DNA of 64,000 nucleotides, from assembly GCF_000143415.4 (NCBI RefSeq), contig NW_003314394.1, positions 299,025-363,024 on the forward strand, read 5' to 3'. This document shows positions 35,209-47,151 of this stretch, in pieces. A program made the translations under genes and the position numbers. The notes under the pieces were generated by a model, which was not told the DNA's origin, did not search any database, and worked only from the letters and a program-made list of their open reading frames with translations. Position 1 is the stretch's first letter, and each line of letters opens with the position of its first letter. This DNA comes from Selaginella moellendorffii. Lineage: Eukaryota > Plantae > Lycopodiophyta.

Positions 35209-38200
35209 TGTTAGGCACCTACATGGTCAACGTCGGTCAAAGGGAGGCTCAAGGCACGTTAGGGTAAGGGACTTAACCTACCCTAGGGCTCATAGTGGAG
35301 CGGCGGTGCAGTGGAGCTTTTGAGGTAGCTTGGGGGTGGTTGGGTGGTGAGGAACCTCAAGAGGTGGCGTAGCATAGTCTAGGGCAACTAGATCTTTGTC
35401 TTTTTGCGCCGGATCATAACATTGGTATCAGAGGATTGGTTGCGATGGCCGACAAAGCTGAACGCTAGAATCCTATTGTCGATGGTGGTGCCGACGATGG
35501 TGCTGACGAAGCTGCAGAGATTTGGACCATTCAAGATGTGGTTCATGAGCTACGAGCTCTTAATCGAAATCAGCAAGAGATGCAAGACGAGATGCATGGC
35601 ATGATGGATACCATGCGTGGGCGTGTTGAGGCACTCGAGGCTGGACGGGGTAGCGCTCCAAGTAAGCCTTCTTTGGTAGATCGACTCAAGATTCCAACCT
35701 TTTCTGGTGATGGTGGTGTGGACGAGTGTCTCGCTTGGCTAGCCAATGTGAAGAAGTTCTTGGCTGCTAAAGGAATTCCAGATGCAGAGGCTTTAGTGGC
35801 TATTCCGATGGTTTTGCGTGATGCGGGTCTTCGATGGTGGAATTGGCTTGAGGAGTCCCGTGTTGCGGATAAGAAACCACCAGTGTCTACCATGGATGAG
35901 TTTGAGGCTGCTTTCCGTTTACGTTTTGCCCCTCATTACGACATGGAGAATGCTCGTACAGAACTTCGCCATTTCCAGCAAGGGAAAATGACGCTCGGGG
36001 ATTATATCGAGAAGCTTACTCGTTTGATTAGTCGTGTTCCAATGAAGGATCCAGATCAGAACAAGTCCTACTTCATTGATGGCCTACATAGTGAGAGCAT
36101 GCGGCAACACTTGCGTCATTCTCAGCCTACAAAGAGTTTGGAGGAGCTCTTTGATGCGGCTCGTCGACTTGACAATGACAAGCACAAGTCTTGCAAGCGT
36201 TCGCGGAGTCCTTTTGTCGAGAATCATTGTGATGATCACCGTGGACACAAGGATGGGAACAAGCATCACAAGTTGAAATCGGTGGTGACTACTTCAGATG
36301 CAAAGGGGTCCAAGAAGCAGAAGTTCTTTGTGAAGAATTATAAACAGGGTTGTCATCATTGCGGCGAACTTGGACACTACAAGGTTGATTGTCTGCAGTT
36401 GAAGAACAAGCAGCAGGACAAGAAGAATGGCCAATCATCTTCTCACGGTAAGTCAGATACTAAAAAGTTGCAAGCTTTACAGCGTGAGGATGACGAGAAC
36501 GACCATTTCGGTCGAAGGAAGAGACTTTTGATCGTCAACTCAACTGTATGTGGAACAAGATGGAGCTCGAGGATACACGTGAATCAGCTTTAATGCTGGA
36601 GGGCGTGTTCCGTGGCGATCCAGTGCGGATTTTACTGGATAGTGGGAGTGATGACAACTTTGTTTTGGCAAAGTTTGTTGCGGAGCATCGCCTGAACACA
36701 CGTGGAGTTCTTCCATACACAGTAGAAGGTGCAGCTACCTCTGCTCAGCATTTCGATGCTTGTGTCAAGGGGCTGGAAGTGTTGGTTGGCAAAACCACAC
36801 TTGTGGAGGCTTTTTATCTCGCGGATATCCATTGTGTGGATCTCATTCTTGGGATGCCATGGTTGGTGAAGGTGGATCCAGAGATAAAGTGGAGCATTAA
36901 GCATATCTTGCTGGAGTATGGTGGCGTTACAGATGTGTGGTTTGGTGAGGGTGTTCAACCACCAGTTGTTATGCTCTCTGCTTGAAGCGGGCTTGTCGTA
37001 ATGGAAAAACACTTTCAAGTTACTTGCTGTTTGTTCGTGACTTGGGGGACCAAGGCATGTGTGGGGGAGAAGCAGCAGTACGGGATGTACTTGATGAGTT
37101 TTCTGATATTTTTCCATCTAAACTTCCTCATGGATTGCCTCCATTATGAGGTGTGGAGCATGGGATTACATTGGAGCCGGGGACGCGGCCAATTTACCGA
37201 AGTCTATTTCGGTTAAGTTATGCGGAGGAGCAAGAAGTTCAACGACAAGTCAAGGAGTTACTTGAGTTTGGATTTATTCAGCCAAGTAAGTCTCTGTTTG
37301 GTGCTCCGGTCTTGTTTGTGAAAAAAAAGGATGGTTCAATGCAAATGTGTATTGACTACCACGCTTTGAACAAGAAGACAGTGAAGGATAAGATGCCGAT
37401 GCCACGTGTGGATGATATCCTAGACAAGCTTGGTGAAGCACGAGTGTTTACTAAGATTGATCTGAGGAGTGGATATCATCAGATTGCAATGGATGATACA
37501 TCTATCTCCAAGACGGCATTCAATACAAGCTTTGGACATTTTGAGTTTACAGTTATGCCGTTTAGTTTGACGAATGCACCGGCCACATTTACTCAGTTGA
37601 TGACGGAGGTATTTGGGCATTATCTTCATGAGTTTGTGGAGATTTTCTTGGACAATATTCTTGTTTTTAGCAAGAATTTGGAGGAGCATAGGTGCATTTG
37701 CGCAAGGTTCTTTTGTTACTTCGAAACAGCAAACTTTATGTGAAGAAGAGCAAATATGAATTTGCAAAGTCGGAGGTGGAATATTTAGGCCATATTGTGT
37801 CATCTAAGGGTGTCAAGACGGATCCAAGATAGGTGGCTGTAGTGGAAAACTGGCCTACACTAACTACAGTGGCCGAGTTGCGCAGTTTTCTTGGTATGGC
37901 TAGTTACTACCGACGTTTCCAGCATAAGTTTACAGAGGTGGCTATTCCTTTGACACGGATGTTACGCAAGAATGTGCCATTCGAGTGGAAGATGCCACAA
38001 GAGGAGAGTTTTGTGGCGCTGAAACGATTGTTGAGTGAGGCTCCAGTGCTTCGCATTGCTGATCCATCGAAACCTTACGAGGTGACATGCGATGCGAGTG
38101 GTTATGCACTGGGAGGAGTTTTCATGCAAGAGGGACAGCCTATTGCATATGAGAGTCGAACTTTGAATTCTGCGGAGCAATGCTATTCCACATATGAGCA

Positions 38201-40081
38201 AGAGTTACTCTCTATTGTTCATACTTTGCAGATGTGGCGGCACTATCTTTATGGTGCAGTGTTCGTGGTGTTGACAGATCACAAACCACTTGTGTATCTC
38301 TTCACACAGAAGGAGTTGAACACTAGGCAAGCTCGTTGGATGGTCAAACTCATGGAGTTTGGGGAGTTTCCTATTGAGCATCGTCCGGGAAAATCAAATG
38401 TGGTGGCGGATGCTTTATCTTGTGTTCGTCATGTGACAACGTTACGAACACGATTTTGTCATCATTTGAGTAAGGTGGTCAGCTAGTTTGGGTAGTTGGT
38501 TGAGCATGCTCAGGATGCTGAGGTGGCCTCTTTGCGAGCCCAAATGGAAGCCCCTTTCTCATTGGTGGATGGGATTCTCTACTACAATGGCCGTGTATAT
38601 TTGCCACAGGTGGATGTGTTAATTACTCAAGTTTTATTCCACTATCATGATTGTCCAAAGGCCGGTCATTTTGGGGGGAAGAAGACATATGAGTTGATTA
38701 AGCGCAACTTTTATTGGAGGAATATGAAGGCTGATATCCTCAAGTATTGTAAATCATGCGAGCTTTGTCAGCGGGTTAAGGTGCCACGGGAGAAGCCGGG
38801 GGGACTTTTGCAACCTTTACCTATTCTTCAGAGCCGTTGGTGTAGTATCTCTATGGACTTTATCACTTGTTTGCCACGAACACAGAAGCAAAAGGAGCAA
38901 GTATGGGTCATAGTGGATCGGTTGACGAAGTATGTGCGGTTGTTGGCTCTTCGGAAGACTGTCACTGCCGCAGACTTGGCTGCTGTTTATTTGGAGAAGG
39001 TTTTTCCTGATTTTGGTTTGCCGGAGGACATCATTAGTGATCGAGATTCAAAGTTCACCAGTGGATTTTGGAAAAGCTTTGCAAAGGCTATGCAAGTGAC
39101 TTTGAAACTTTCGAGTGGAGATCATCCTCAGACAGATGGGCAAATTGAGCTTGTGAATCAGGTGGTGGAGGATATGCTACGTTATAGCATTGGTCAAAGG
39201 CAAGGACAGAGGGATCTATATCTTCCGTTGGTGCAATTTGCTTACAACAATAGCCAACACAGTGGAACCAAGCTAAGTCCTTACTTTGCCATGTTTGGAA
39301 GGCATCCTCGAACAACGGTGGAGTTGGGATTGCATTTGAGTAAGGACATTCAAGATAAGCTTGATTCCGAGGCAACTGATCTGGCCACAGAACTTGATGA
39401 GATTCTGGTGGTGTGCAAACGGAATTTGCAAGTAGCTCAGGATAGAGTGGAGAAGTTTGCCAATGAGCATCGCCAATTCCGGGAATATAAGGTGGGTGAT
39501 CTTGTCTTTGTGCGAGTGATCTTTCCATCAAGTGAGCGGCAGAACACCTTGGTGCCTTTACGGACAGGGAAGAGTGATAAACTTTCCCATCGATATGCTG
39601 GTCCATATGAAGTGCTAGAGCGCATTGGTAAAGCGGCTTATCGGGTGCGGCTGCCAGCTGGGGTGAAAATTCATCCGGTATTTTATGTCAGCCAGTTGAA
39701 AGGTGTACTATCTTGGAGTGATGGGCCCAATGCCTTCTTGATGTACGGCTGTGGAAGATGGACTAGGAGCTTGAGCAGGATTCCCCAGAAAGGGTGATCA
39801 CCAGTACAACTCATCCTTGGGACAAAGACTTTGTTGGGGGGGAAGAATTGTTAAGTGCCAGCTTTGACTACATGGTCAACGTCGGTCAAAGGGAGGCTCA
39901 AGGGTATATTAAGGCACGTTAGGGTAAGGGACTTAACCTACCCTAGGGCTCACAGTGGAGCGGCAGCGCAGTGGAGCTTTTGAGGTAGCTCGGGGGTGGT
40001 TGGGTGGTGAGGAACCTCAAGAGGTGGCGTAGCATAGTTTAGGGCAAGTAGATCTTTGTCTTTTTGTACCGGATCATAACA
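35209..40081 (+). mobile_element. Full-length Ty3/gypsy LTR retrotransposon (degenerate gag-pol) with short LTRs ('LTR-A')
   Basis: LTRs 35209-35421 and 39849-40081 (TG...CA); TSD GATAA at 35204-35208 and 40082-40086; PBS TGGTATCAGAG at 35423; PPT before 39849; gag, LLDSGS protease, RT, RNase H and integrase with GPY motif; several stops and frameshifts. Confidence 0.95.
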
Positions 40082-40089
40082 GATAACCT

Positions 40090-43000
40090 TTCCATTTGAC
40101 TAAATATTCTTTGGTATAACCATTGTGTTTCTGGTGACATGATAAGATGTTTTCAACTTTGTATTTAGATTCACCACCCCACAACTTCTGGTGGCAGAAA
40201 AATCTCCTCTTGACATGCAATATTTATAATGTAAGGAGCCAATAAATTGGTATGAAATACATTATGAATATTTGATATTTCCGTAGGAAGATCCAACTAA
40301 TAGGATACATCACCAATTCATTTTAAAACTATATTTTGGTATCAACTTCCAAGACAAAGATCCCTTAATATATAAGTTTCTAGAAAATAACCAAACCAGA
40401 TAATCCTCAACTTGAGCATTCACACGTTCAATCTACCCATCGGTTTGAGGATGATAAGCTATACTAAACTTCAACTTGGTGTTGAACAACTAAGATTGTG
40501 CCCCAAAACTTCCCCATCAATCTCAAATCTCTATTTGAGATCATCTCTTCGAGAAGACCACAAACCCACACTACTTCATGGAAAACAACTTTGCTACTTA
40601 CTTCATATTTACTATTTCCATAGTTGGAATGAAGTGTGCAATCTTCAACAACCAATCCACAACCACCATCAAAGTATCATAACCCTTAGAGTTTAGCAAG
40701 CAAGTGATAAAGTTAAGTATCACACTCTAAAATGGCCATGCCGGTGCTGGAATGCATTAAAACTTCCCAGCCTGCTTCTTAGTTTTGCGCTTACATTGCT
40801 ATGTAAGAATAGGCATAATCTATTACCTTCTATACTAGACCAAAAAAAACCCTTTTTCAATGAAGTAAGAGTTTTTCATTTTCCACCATGTCCCGCTGCC
40901 GAAACATCATGATGTTCCTGTAGAAATAGTTGTCACAGATCCTTGGAAAGAAGATACAATCTTTCTTGCTTATAGAAAATAAGCCTATCTTGAACTAAGA
41001 AGTGAAGCTTTACATTGGCATGATTAGCAACTTTCACTGCTTCGCTACTAAGTTTTACTTCACCAACTTTGCATGGTGCAAGATTGCCTTCTCCAATGGA
41101 TCACTTCCATATAAAGCTTGAACATCTTCCAACTAGTCTGAATTGATTGCCGACATTTCTCAGAACTAAGCCTGACAACTCAATGCATCTGGAACAATAT
41201 TGTTTTTACCAGGTTTATAGATGATTTCAATATCAAATCTAACAAGCTTTTCTTGCTAACGTGTCTACTTCGGCATAAACTTTGGCTATGTAGCAAAGTA
41301 GCTCAATGTGTTATTATCCATATAAACCTTGGTATGTCCACCCAAATAGTGTCTCTAGTGTTCCAATGCCAACACTATAGCAAATGTCTCTTTCTTGTAC
41401 ATTGGCTATTTTCATTAGGTCTCATCCAATTTCTTGAAATAAAATGCAACAGGACAACTGTATTGTCTTAGTGTAACACCAACTGCATTATCATAATATT
41501 GTTGCAACATGGCACCTATAGCATAACCAGATGCATCACAATGCACTTCGAAGTGTTTATCAAGATTTGGGATCTTGAGAATAAGAACCATAGTCAAGAT
41601 CTCCTTTAACCATACAAAAACACACTGACAAGTTAGATGCTTTATTTTGTTAAAGTGGGACTTATTCAGTAAAGTGGGATATTAATTAGCATGTGTCCAC
41701 ATGCCATTTCTTAGTACTTAATTAATATTTATTAATATTTCTATCAGTTTTTTAATTTATTTTTTTATATTTCACAATATTATAACACAAAATCATATGA
41801 AAAGTTTTTAATTTATAAATTATAAAGTTAAAACTTCAATTTTTTATTGTTGTTATAAAAATGGCATGTGGCCACACACCATAAGTGGGATAATGAAAAG
41901 TCCCACTTTAACGAAATAAAGCATTTAGTGTTTAATAAAATAGTATACTACTCTTTGTTAACTCAGTCAATGAAAGAGCAATTCTTGCAAAATTGTGAAA
42001 AAACTTGCAATAGTATCCCGTCAAACGAAGAAAGGAATGAAAAACTAATATAATGGTTGGGACTTCCTAGGACTTCATCATTTTCACCTTCTTTTGATCC
42101 ATTTCAATTACACCACCACCAACTATATATCCAAGAAAGTTCATGTGAAATTGTACAAAAGCACATATACTTTCTTTAGCATATAGTTTGTGTTCATGCA
42201 ACTTCTAAAACACCAGTTCCAATTGTTTCAAATGATCCTCCAAGGTTTCATTAAAGACTAGAACATTGTCAATATATAGGATAACAAATGCATCCAAATA
42301 ATCTCTGAATATTCTATCCATTATTGCGTTGAATGTTGTTAGAGCATTATATAACCCAAACGGCATGACAAGGAACTCATAGGATCTGTATTGAGTCTTA
42401 AAGGCTATCTTTTCCACATCTTAATCTGCCACCTGTATCTGATGATATCCGAACTGCAAATCAAATTGCATAAAGAGTTTAAGCCAAAGTACTTTTTACA
42501 TACAGTCCCTTTGATATACTTGTTGAAGAAATCTATACCAAACACCATTTGAAAATCTGGTATCTTCAACATTTCTAAGTCCAAAACTGTATGGGCAATA
42601 TCTGTTTTTAATCCTAACAACTCTACTAAGTCTTTAGATGTCACGCTATACATAGCTCCCATGTCAATCATTACTTGGATTTAGTGTCCGTGGACAAAGC
42701 CTACTAAATACATCAATGGATCAGTGTTTGCATTGACTGCAAGAAAAATTTAAGGAAAGTAACAAAAGAAATTCACCTCTTCTTCCTCATAGTCTGCATT
42801 GACCAACTCGTCAACCCCTTCAGCTTCACCACCACTATCTTCCCTCATGACATTAACACAAAATTTTGTCTTATGCTTGTTAGGACATTCTGAGGACTTA
42901 TGTCCTACCTCTCCACAATGGAAACAATGACCCACACTACCTATTCTGCTAGGAGCAGGTTTCATAAATTGTTGTTATTTGTATCCACCAAGAAGAGGAA

Positions 43001-43216
43001 CAAAGGACCTAGGACTAAAAGAAGCTACTAGTGGTTGCTAACCACCACCTATATTAACTATTGTTTATGAGCCTCTAGGGTGGAATTTTTCTTCCACCCT
43101 TTATTTTCAATCACCTTGTTTATTCCCAAAGTTCTTATTCTTGTCTAAGGTACCAGCATACTGCTGCTAATATTGTTCTATGAAGGAGTGATTGAAAAAA
43201 ACTTGGTATGTTCCCT
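40090..43216 (-). mobile_element. Old, heavily decayed Ty3/gypsy pol; its gag-side remnant probably continues at ~58449-60340
   Basis: Zn knuckle CFHCGEVGHKSSEC, protease-like IDMGA, RT YEFLVMPFGL..YIDNVLVF, RNase H VHCDASGYAIGAML; many stops. Confidence 0.8.
41637..41924. mobile_element. 288-bp MITE derived from the 43221-58444 transposon family
   Basis: TIRs atgctttatttYgttaaagtgggactt; 4-bp TSD TTAG (41633-41636, 41925-41928); both ends match the ends of the large element in opposite orientation. Confidence 0.9.
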
Positions 43217-43662
43217 CCTTAAGCTTTATTTCATTAAAGTGGGAATTGTCATTATCCCACTTGTAAAATAAGGTTTCCAAACCTTTATATAGTATATAAA
43301 TATAACAAAATTCAACTGCATTGAGGCACATGCCATTTTATTTTAAACAAGGAAATGTCTACTCAATCACTTCTCCTCCCCCTGCCACTGCTTCACCTCT
43401 CTCTTCTCCTTGTCATCGTCATCCAATTTCTTTCCATCCTTTTAATATTGGCTCAGTTGCTCCGAGTCTAGGTGGAGCCCAAGTCCCCATTCAATCTTTA
43501 CTTTCCCCTTATTAATAAAACAACTTCGTAGACTTCCAATAACATGCTATAACACTTCTAGTATAATGCAAATCCTCTCAAAGAATTGTCTTTTAATATT
43601 AATACAATGGCATGGAACCCCATGCCATAATAAGTTACATTTTTAAATAAATATATGCCATC

Positions 43663-44515
43663 TTAGACTGTTATTTTTTGCCTCCAACGCCTATACAATA
43701 ATCTTGGAATTTCATCACTCTCCACACTATCAGGATTTAAACCCAATAGTAATGCCATCTCTTCTCTAATACGTCCACGCTCATGTTCAGTGGTCGAAAA
43801 ACCCATCTGGTTGAGCAGATTATGGAGATGTGGATAGTGCTTGGCTAGACAATATACATGCCATAAATGATGACTGGTGTCTTTCCGATCAAATGGCTTC
43901 TGATATACTGTTCCATCTGCCATTTGGTTGATTTCTGCAGCCACCTCCTGGACTGGCTGGTTCTCTATCACCATCGCTCCAAGCCGTTTTGCAAGGTGCC
44001 CCAGAACATACGGTTTCTTCTCCCTAGTTTCCATACTGCAAGAGATGGGGTGCACTGCATATGTGTGTGTGTTCGCTGCAGTTTTAATCGGCGAGTCATC
44101 GATAATGAGGATTTCACTTGACCTAGCAGTCCGGTTCATCACTACAGCCTCTGGCTTGACGAAGATGGGCTTACTACCCCTCACATGGACCATAGTCAAG
44201 CAATCCTCCTGCGTTAGGAGAAAGTCAAATGGTAATATTACTCGCGTCTGATCGTGCATCATCTGTAGCAACGTTAATGCATTGTGGCGCATCATGGATG
44301 TCCAAACTCCCAATTGCAAATTGAACCCGCCCCTCTGTTTTAAGTGTTGCATGGTCATTATTAGATCCCGCAGTTTCTCCCGTGTGATTAATGTGAATCT
44401 GTCTCTTTTGACCAACTTGCGACCGCAGGCTTTGGAGGGTGCAGTGACATTCGAGGACGAGCCACGCTCATGGGAGAAAAGGACACTGTTCAGATCAAAA
44501 ACGATACAGTACCTT
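43663..44515 (-). CDS. FCP1/NIF-like HAD phosphatase domain (transposon cargo; may be the last exon of a longer gene)
   Basis: In-frame upstream extension gives CIVFDLNSVL (HAD motif I, DLNG-like), then LGVWTSMMRHN and ILIIDDSPIKTAAN..AVHP. Confidence 0.7.
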
Positions 44516-45421
44516 TACCGTGACTCTGAAATGAAATGCGTCAGCATAAAAAATGGTACAAGTCAATTTTACCATCTACAATATTAGCGAATGGTGCTCC
44601 CGATGGTCGTTGAGAGGGTTTTGGTCGAGGAAACGTGAAGGGCGGAAATACTCTCCTCTGCAATGTGGGGTCAATCGCATCCGATGGCGTGTGGGCACAT
44701 GCCATTTCAGCTGTAGACTCTGGTACAACTGGCTCAACAGTGGCATGGGGTGGTTCCGATGGCGTGTGATCACACGCCATTTCAGCTGGTGCCTCCATTG
44801 GCAAAGTGGACATGACCGAACAGGCAGTAGGGGCGGTGTAGGGAGGTTCCAACGGCGCGTAGTCAGACGATTGGGCACACGTTGAGTCCGTTGGAAATGA
44901 GGATACGACCGGCTTGGCGGCTGGGGCGGCCTAATGCGGGTCCAATGGCGCCTGGTCACCGTCAGTTGGATACGTGGACAAGATTGACTCAGTGGTATGG
45001 GCAGCATCAAGTGGAGTGTGGTCAGCTTGCTTGGCGTTGATATGGATAGTAGCCTCCACCAGCTCTGATGACTCTTGCAGCCAAGTAGAGTCCACTGGCG
45101 GATCCATATGCATGTCCAAATATCTCCCTTTGATTGAGATGGTATCCTCCCGTGCTACTAAAAACAAACTCATTAGCACATTGAATCGACTATACTGTAT
45201 TTACCATCAACTGCTATTGAGGAACTAGGACCGATATCACTTGGGCGCACTACTAATTCTAAAGGATTGGACATACGTTTCAACCCTTGCTTGGCACTAT
45301 CCTTCCTCGACACTAAAGGCTAGAGTTTGTAAATTCAACTGAATAATCTCTACTTACCATTTGCTCTACGACCTACATGGACAATGTTAGAAATGGTAAA
45401 AGGTTAGGAATGGATGTACTA

Positions 45422-46490
45422 TTATTTACCTGATGGTTTGTCTTGTATGACCTTCCTCCGCTGCTCTTTGGCCACCTCATGCTGGCCATCATCGTCATCA
45501 TCGTCGTCGTCGTTATTGTGATCGTCACCATTGTGAGGACCATCCAAGTCCTCTTCGTCCTCCTCTTCTTCGTCCTCCTCTTCTTTGTCCTCCTCTTCGT
45601 CCTTCTGCTCTTCCTGCTCATTATCTTTCTCTGGCTCCTCATCTCCCTCCTGCATTTCTTCCATAGGCTGCTCAGGCTGGATGGCTTGTTCTTCGAGGAC
45701 CATCTTGGGAAAATCATCTGGCTGAGTCTCCATCTCAAAATACAAGACATCCATAGCCTGTTTTAGTGCATGACCTAGGACCGTATCCTCACCCGACTGT
45801 CTTAACATGGTTTCTACACGTTCTTGAACCCTTCGAAGACGACGAGATGAGAAAAACGTGGCCCTGACTTGAAAAGCATCCCTCATCCATTGTACCTCTC
45901 TATTGAGATTGGGGAAGGGGAGTCCGCCATAGGAATCTGAGTCAGGAGGTGGTGACTGCCTGCTTTCACTCAGCCCTTGATCTGCAATGAATGGCATGAG
46001 CACATACGCCATAACCACGAGGCATTACCTATCATCTTTTCGTTGCCCTTCTTCCTTTTCGAATCAAACGCCTCTGATCCTGACGACTGTCCAACGTGCT
46101 TTCGCTTTTTATGACCACTGTCAGTTTGAGCTTGGCTGGTGCTTGCCTATTTTGCCTTTGAAGAAGTGTCTCCTGCAAGGAATGGCATGAGACCACACGC
46201 CATTGCAAATATAATTTGTACCTCCTTTTTTTTTATTGCTTGTCTGTTTGTCCTTTTTCGATGCGCCACCAGTGCGCTTTTCAGTCCTCGTGTCTGAATA
46301 TTCATAACGATCTATAATCAAAATGGCGTGAGGCCTCACGTGACCTTACCTTGTGCAGGTTATGAGCTCGGCCCAACATGGGTATCTTCAACAGTAGCTG
46401 TTAACGCCGTTTCAGCATCTGGGGGTGGCCACGCTCCTGCATACAGAGCTTGTGAGATAACATTTAAACTTAAAGTGCGTACTCACCAGG
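45422..46490 (-). pseudogene. Short spliced exons and an acidic (D/E-rich) exon of the cargo gene
   Basis: Candidate GT-AG introns 45982-46028, 46173-46221 and 46312-46349; poly-D/E tract; premature TAA codons. Confidence 0.5.
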
Positions 46491-47151
46491 TTCGCAGAGA
46501 AGTTACTGTTTTTCTTTGGCAATTGTAATTATATGCTCCATTGAAGTCACCTCTTCAATGGAGTTTGTCACCGCAACACACGGGACACCCTTGAGTAGTG
46601 CGGCTCGAAAGAATAGTCCGCCGCAGTTGTACTCGACAACGCATTTGCCCTTGGAGTCGGAAGCAGGTGACCCACCCGCTATTGCGTTGAAGACCCAGCT
46701 GAGCATTTCCCATGCTGCACCTGGAGCTTTCTTTGGATTCGAAAGCTCCATAGCTGTCTTCAGTTCCTCAGGCACGGGTAAATTGACCTCCCTCAGATCA
46801 ATTCGATCGGCCTTGTCGAATGAAGCTGGGAAGTCACTCCAGTCCCACTCTGCTGCAGGACCAATAACAAGGGCGAGTGTGAAGATGCGGACATTCGTCG
46901 GTATCTTCTTCTTAACCATTATCCCATGGATCTCCCGCATCTCCTTGCCTTTCAACCGAGCCTTCACCTCGTTCAAGGCCTTCCAGAACTTGTGATAGGA
47001 TTCGGAGTCGTAGATCATATAGTGGACTGAAGATTCCACCTCCGCAAGTCCCACCATTAAGTCAATGATGGAGCTGACTTCGTCTGCATGAGTGATCTCC
47101 TCGTTTGTGAAGTCCATCACACAAAAGATGTTCTTGACCTGCTCTGATATA

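Noticed and set aside
39700-39800. Chromodomain at the end of the gypsy integrase
   Set aside because: The ORF ends shortly after the GPY/F motif in all three copies
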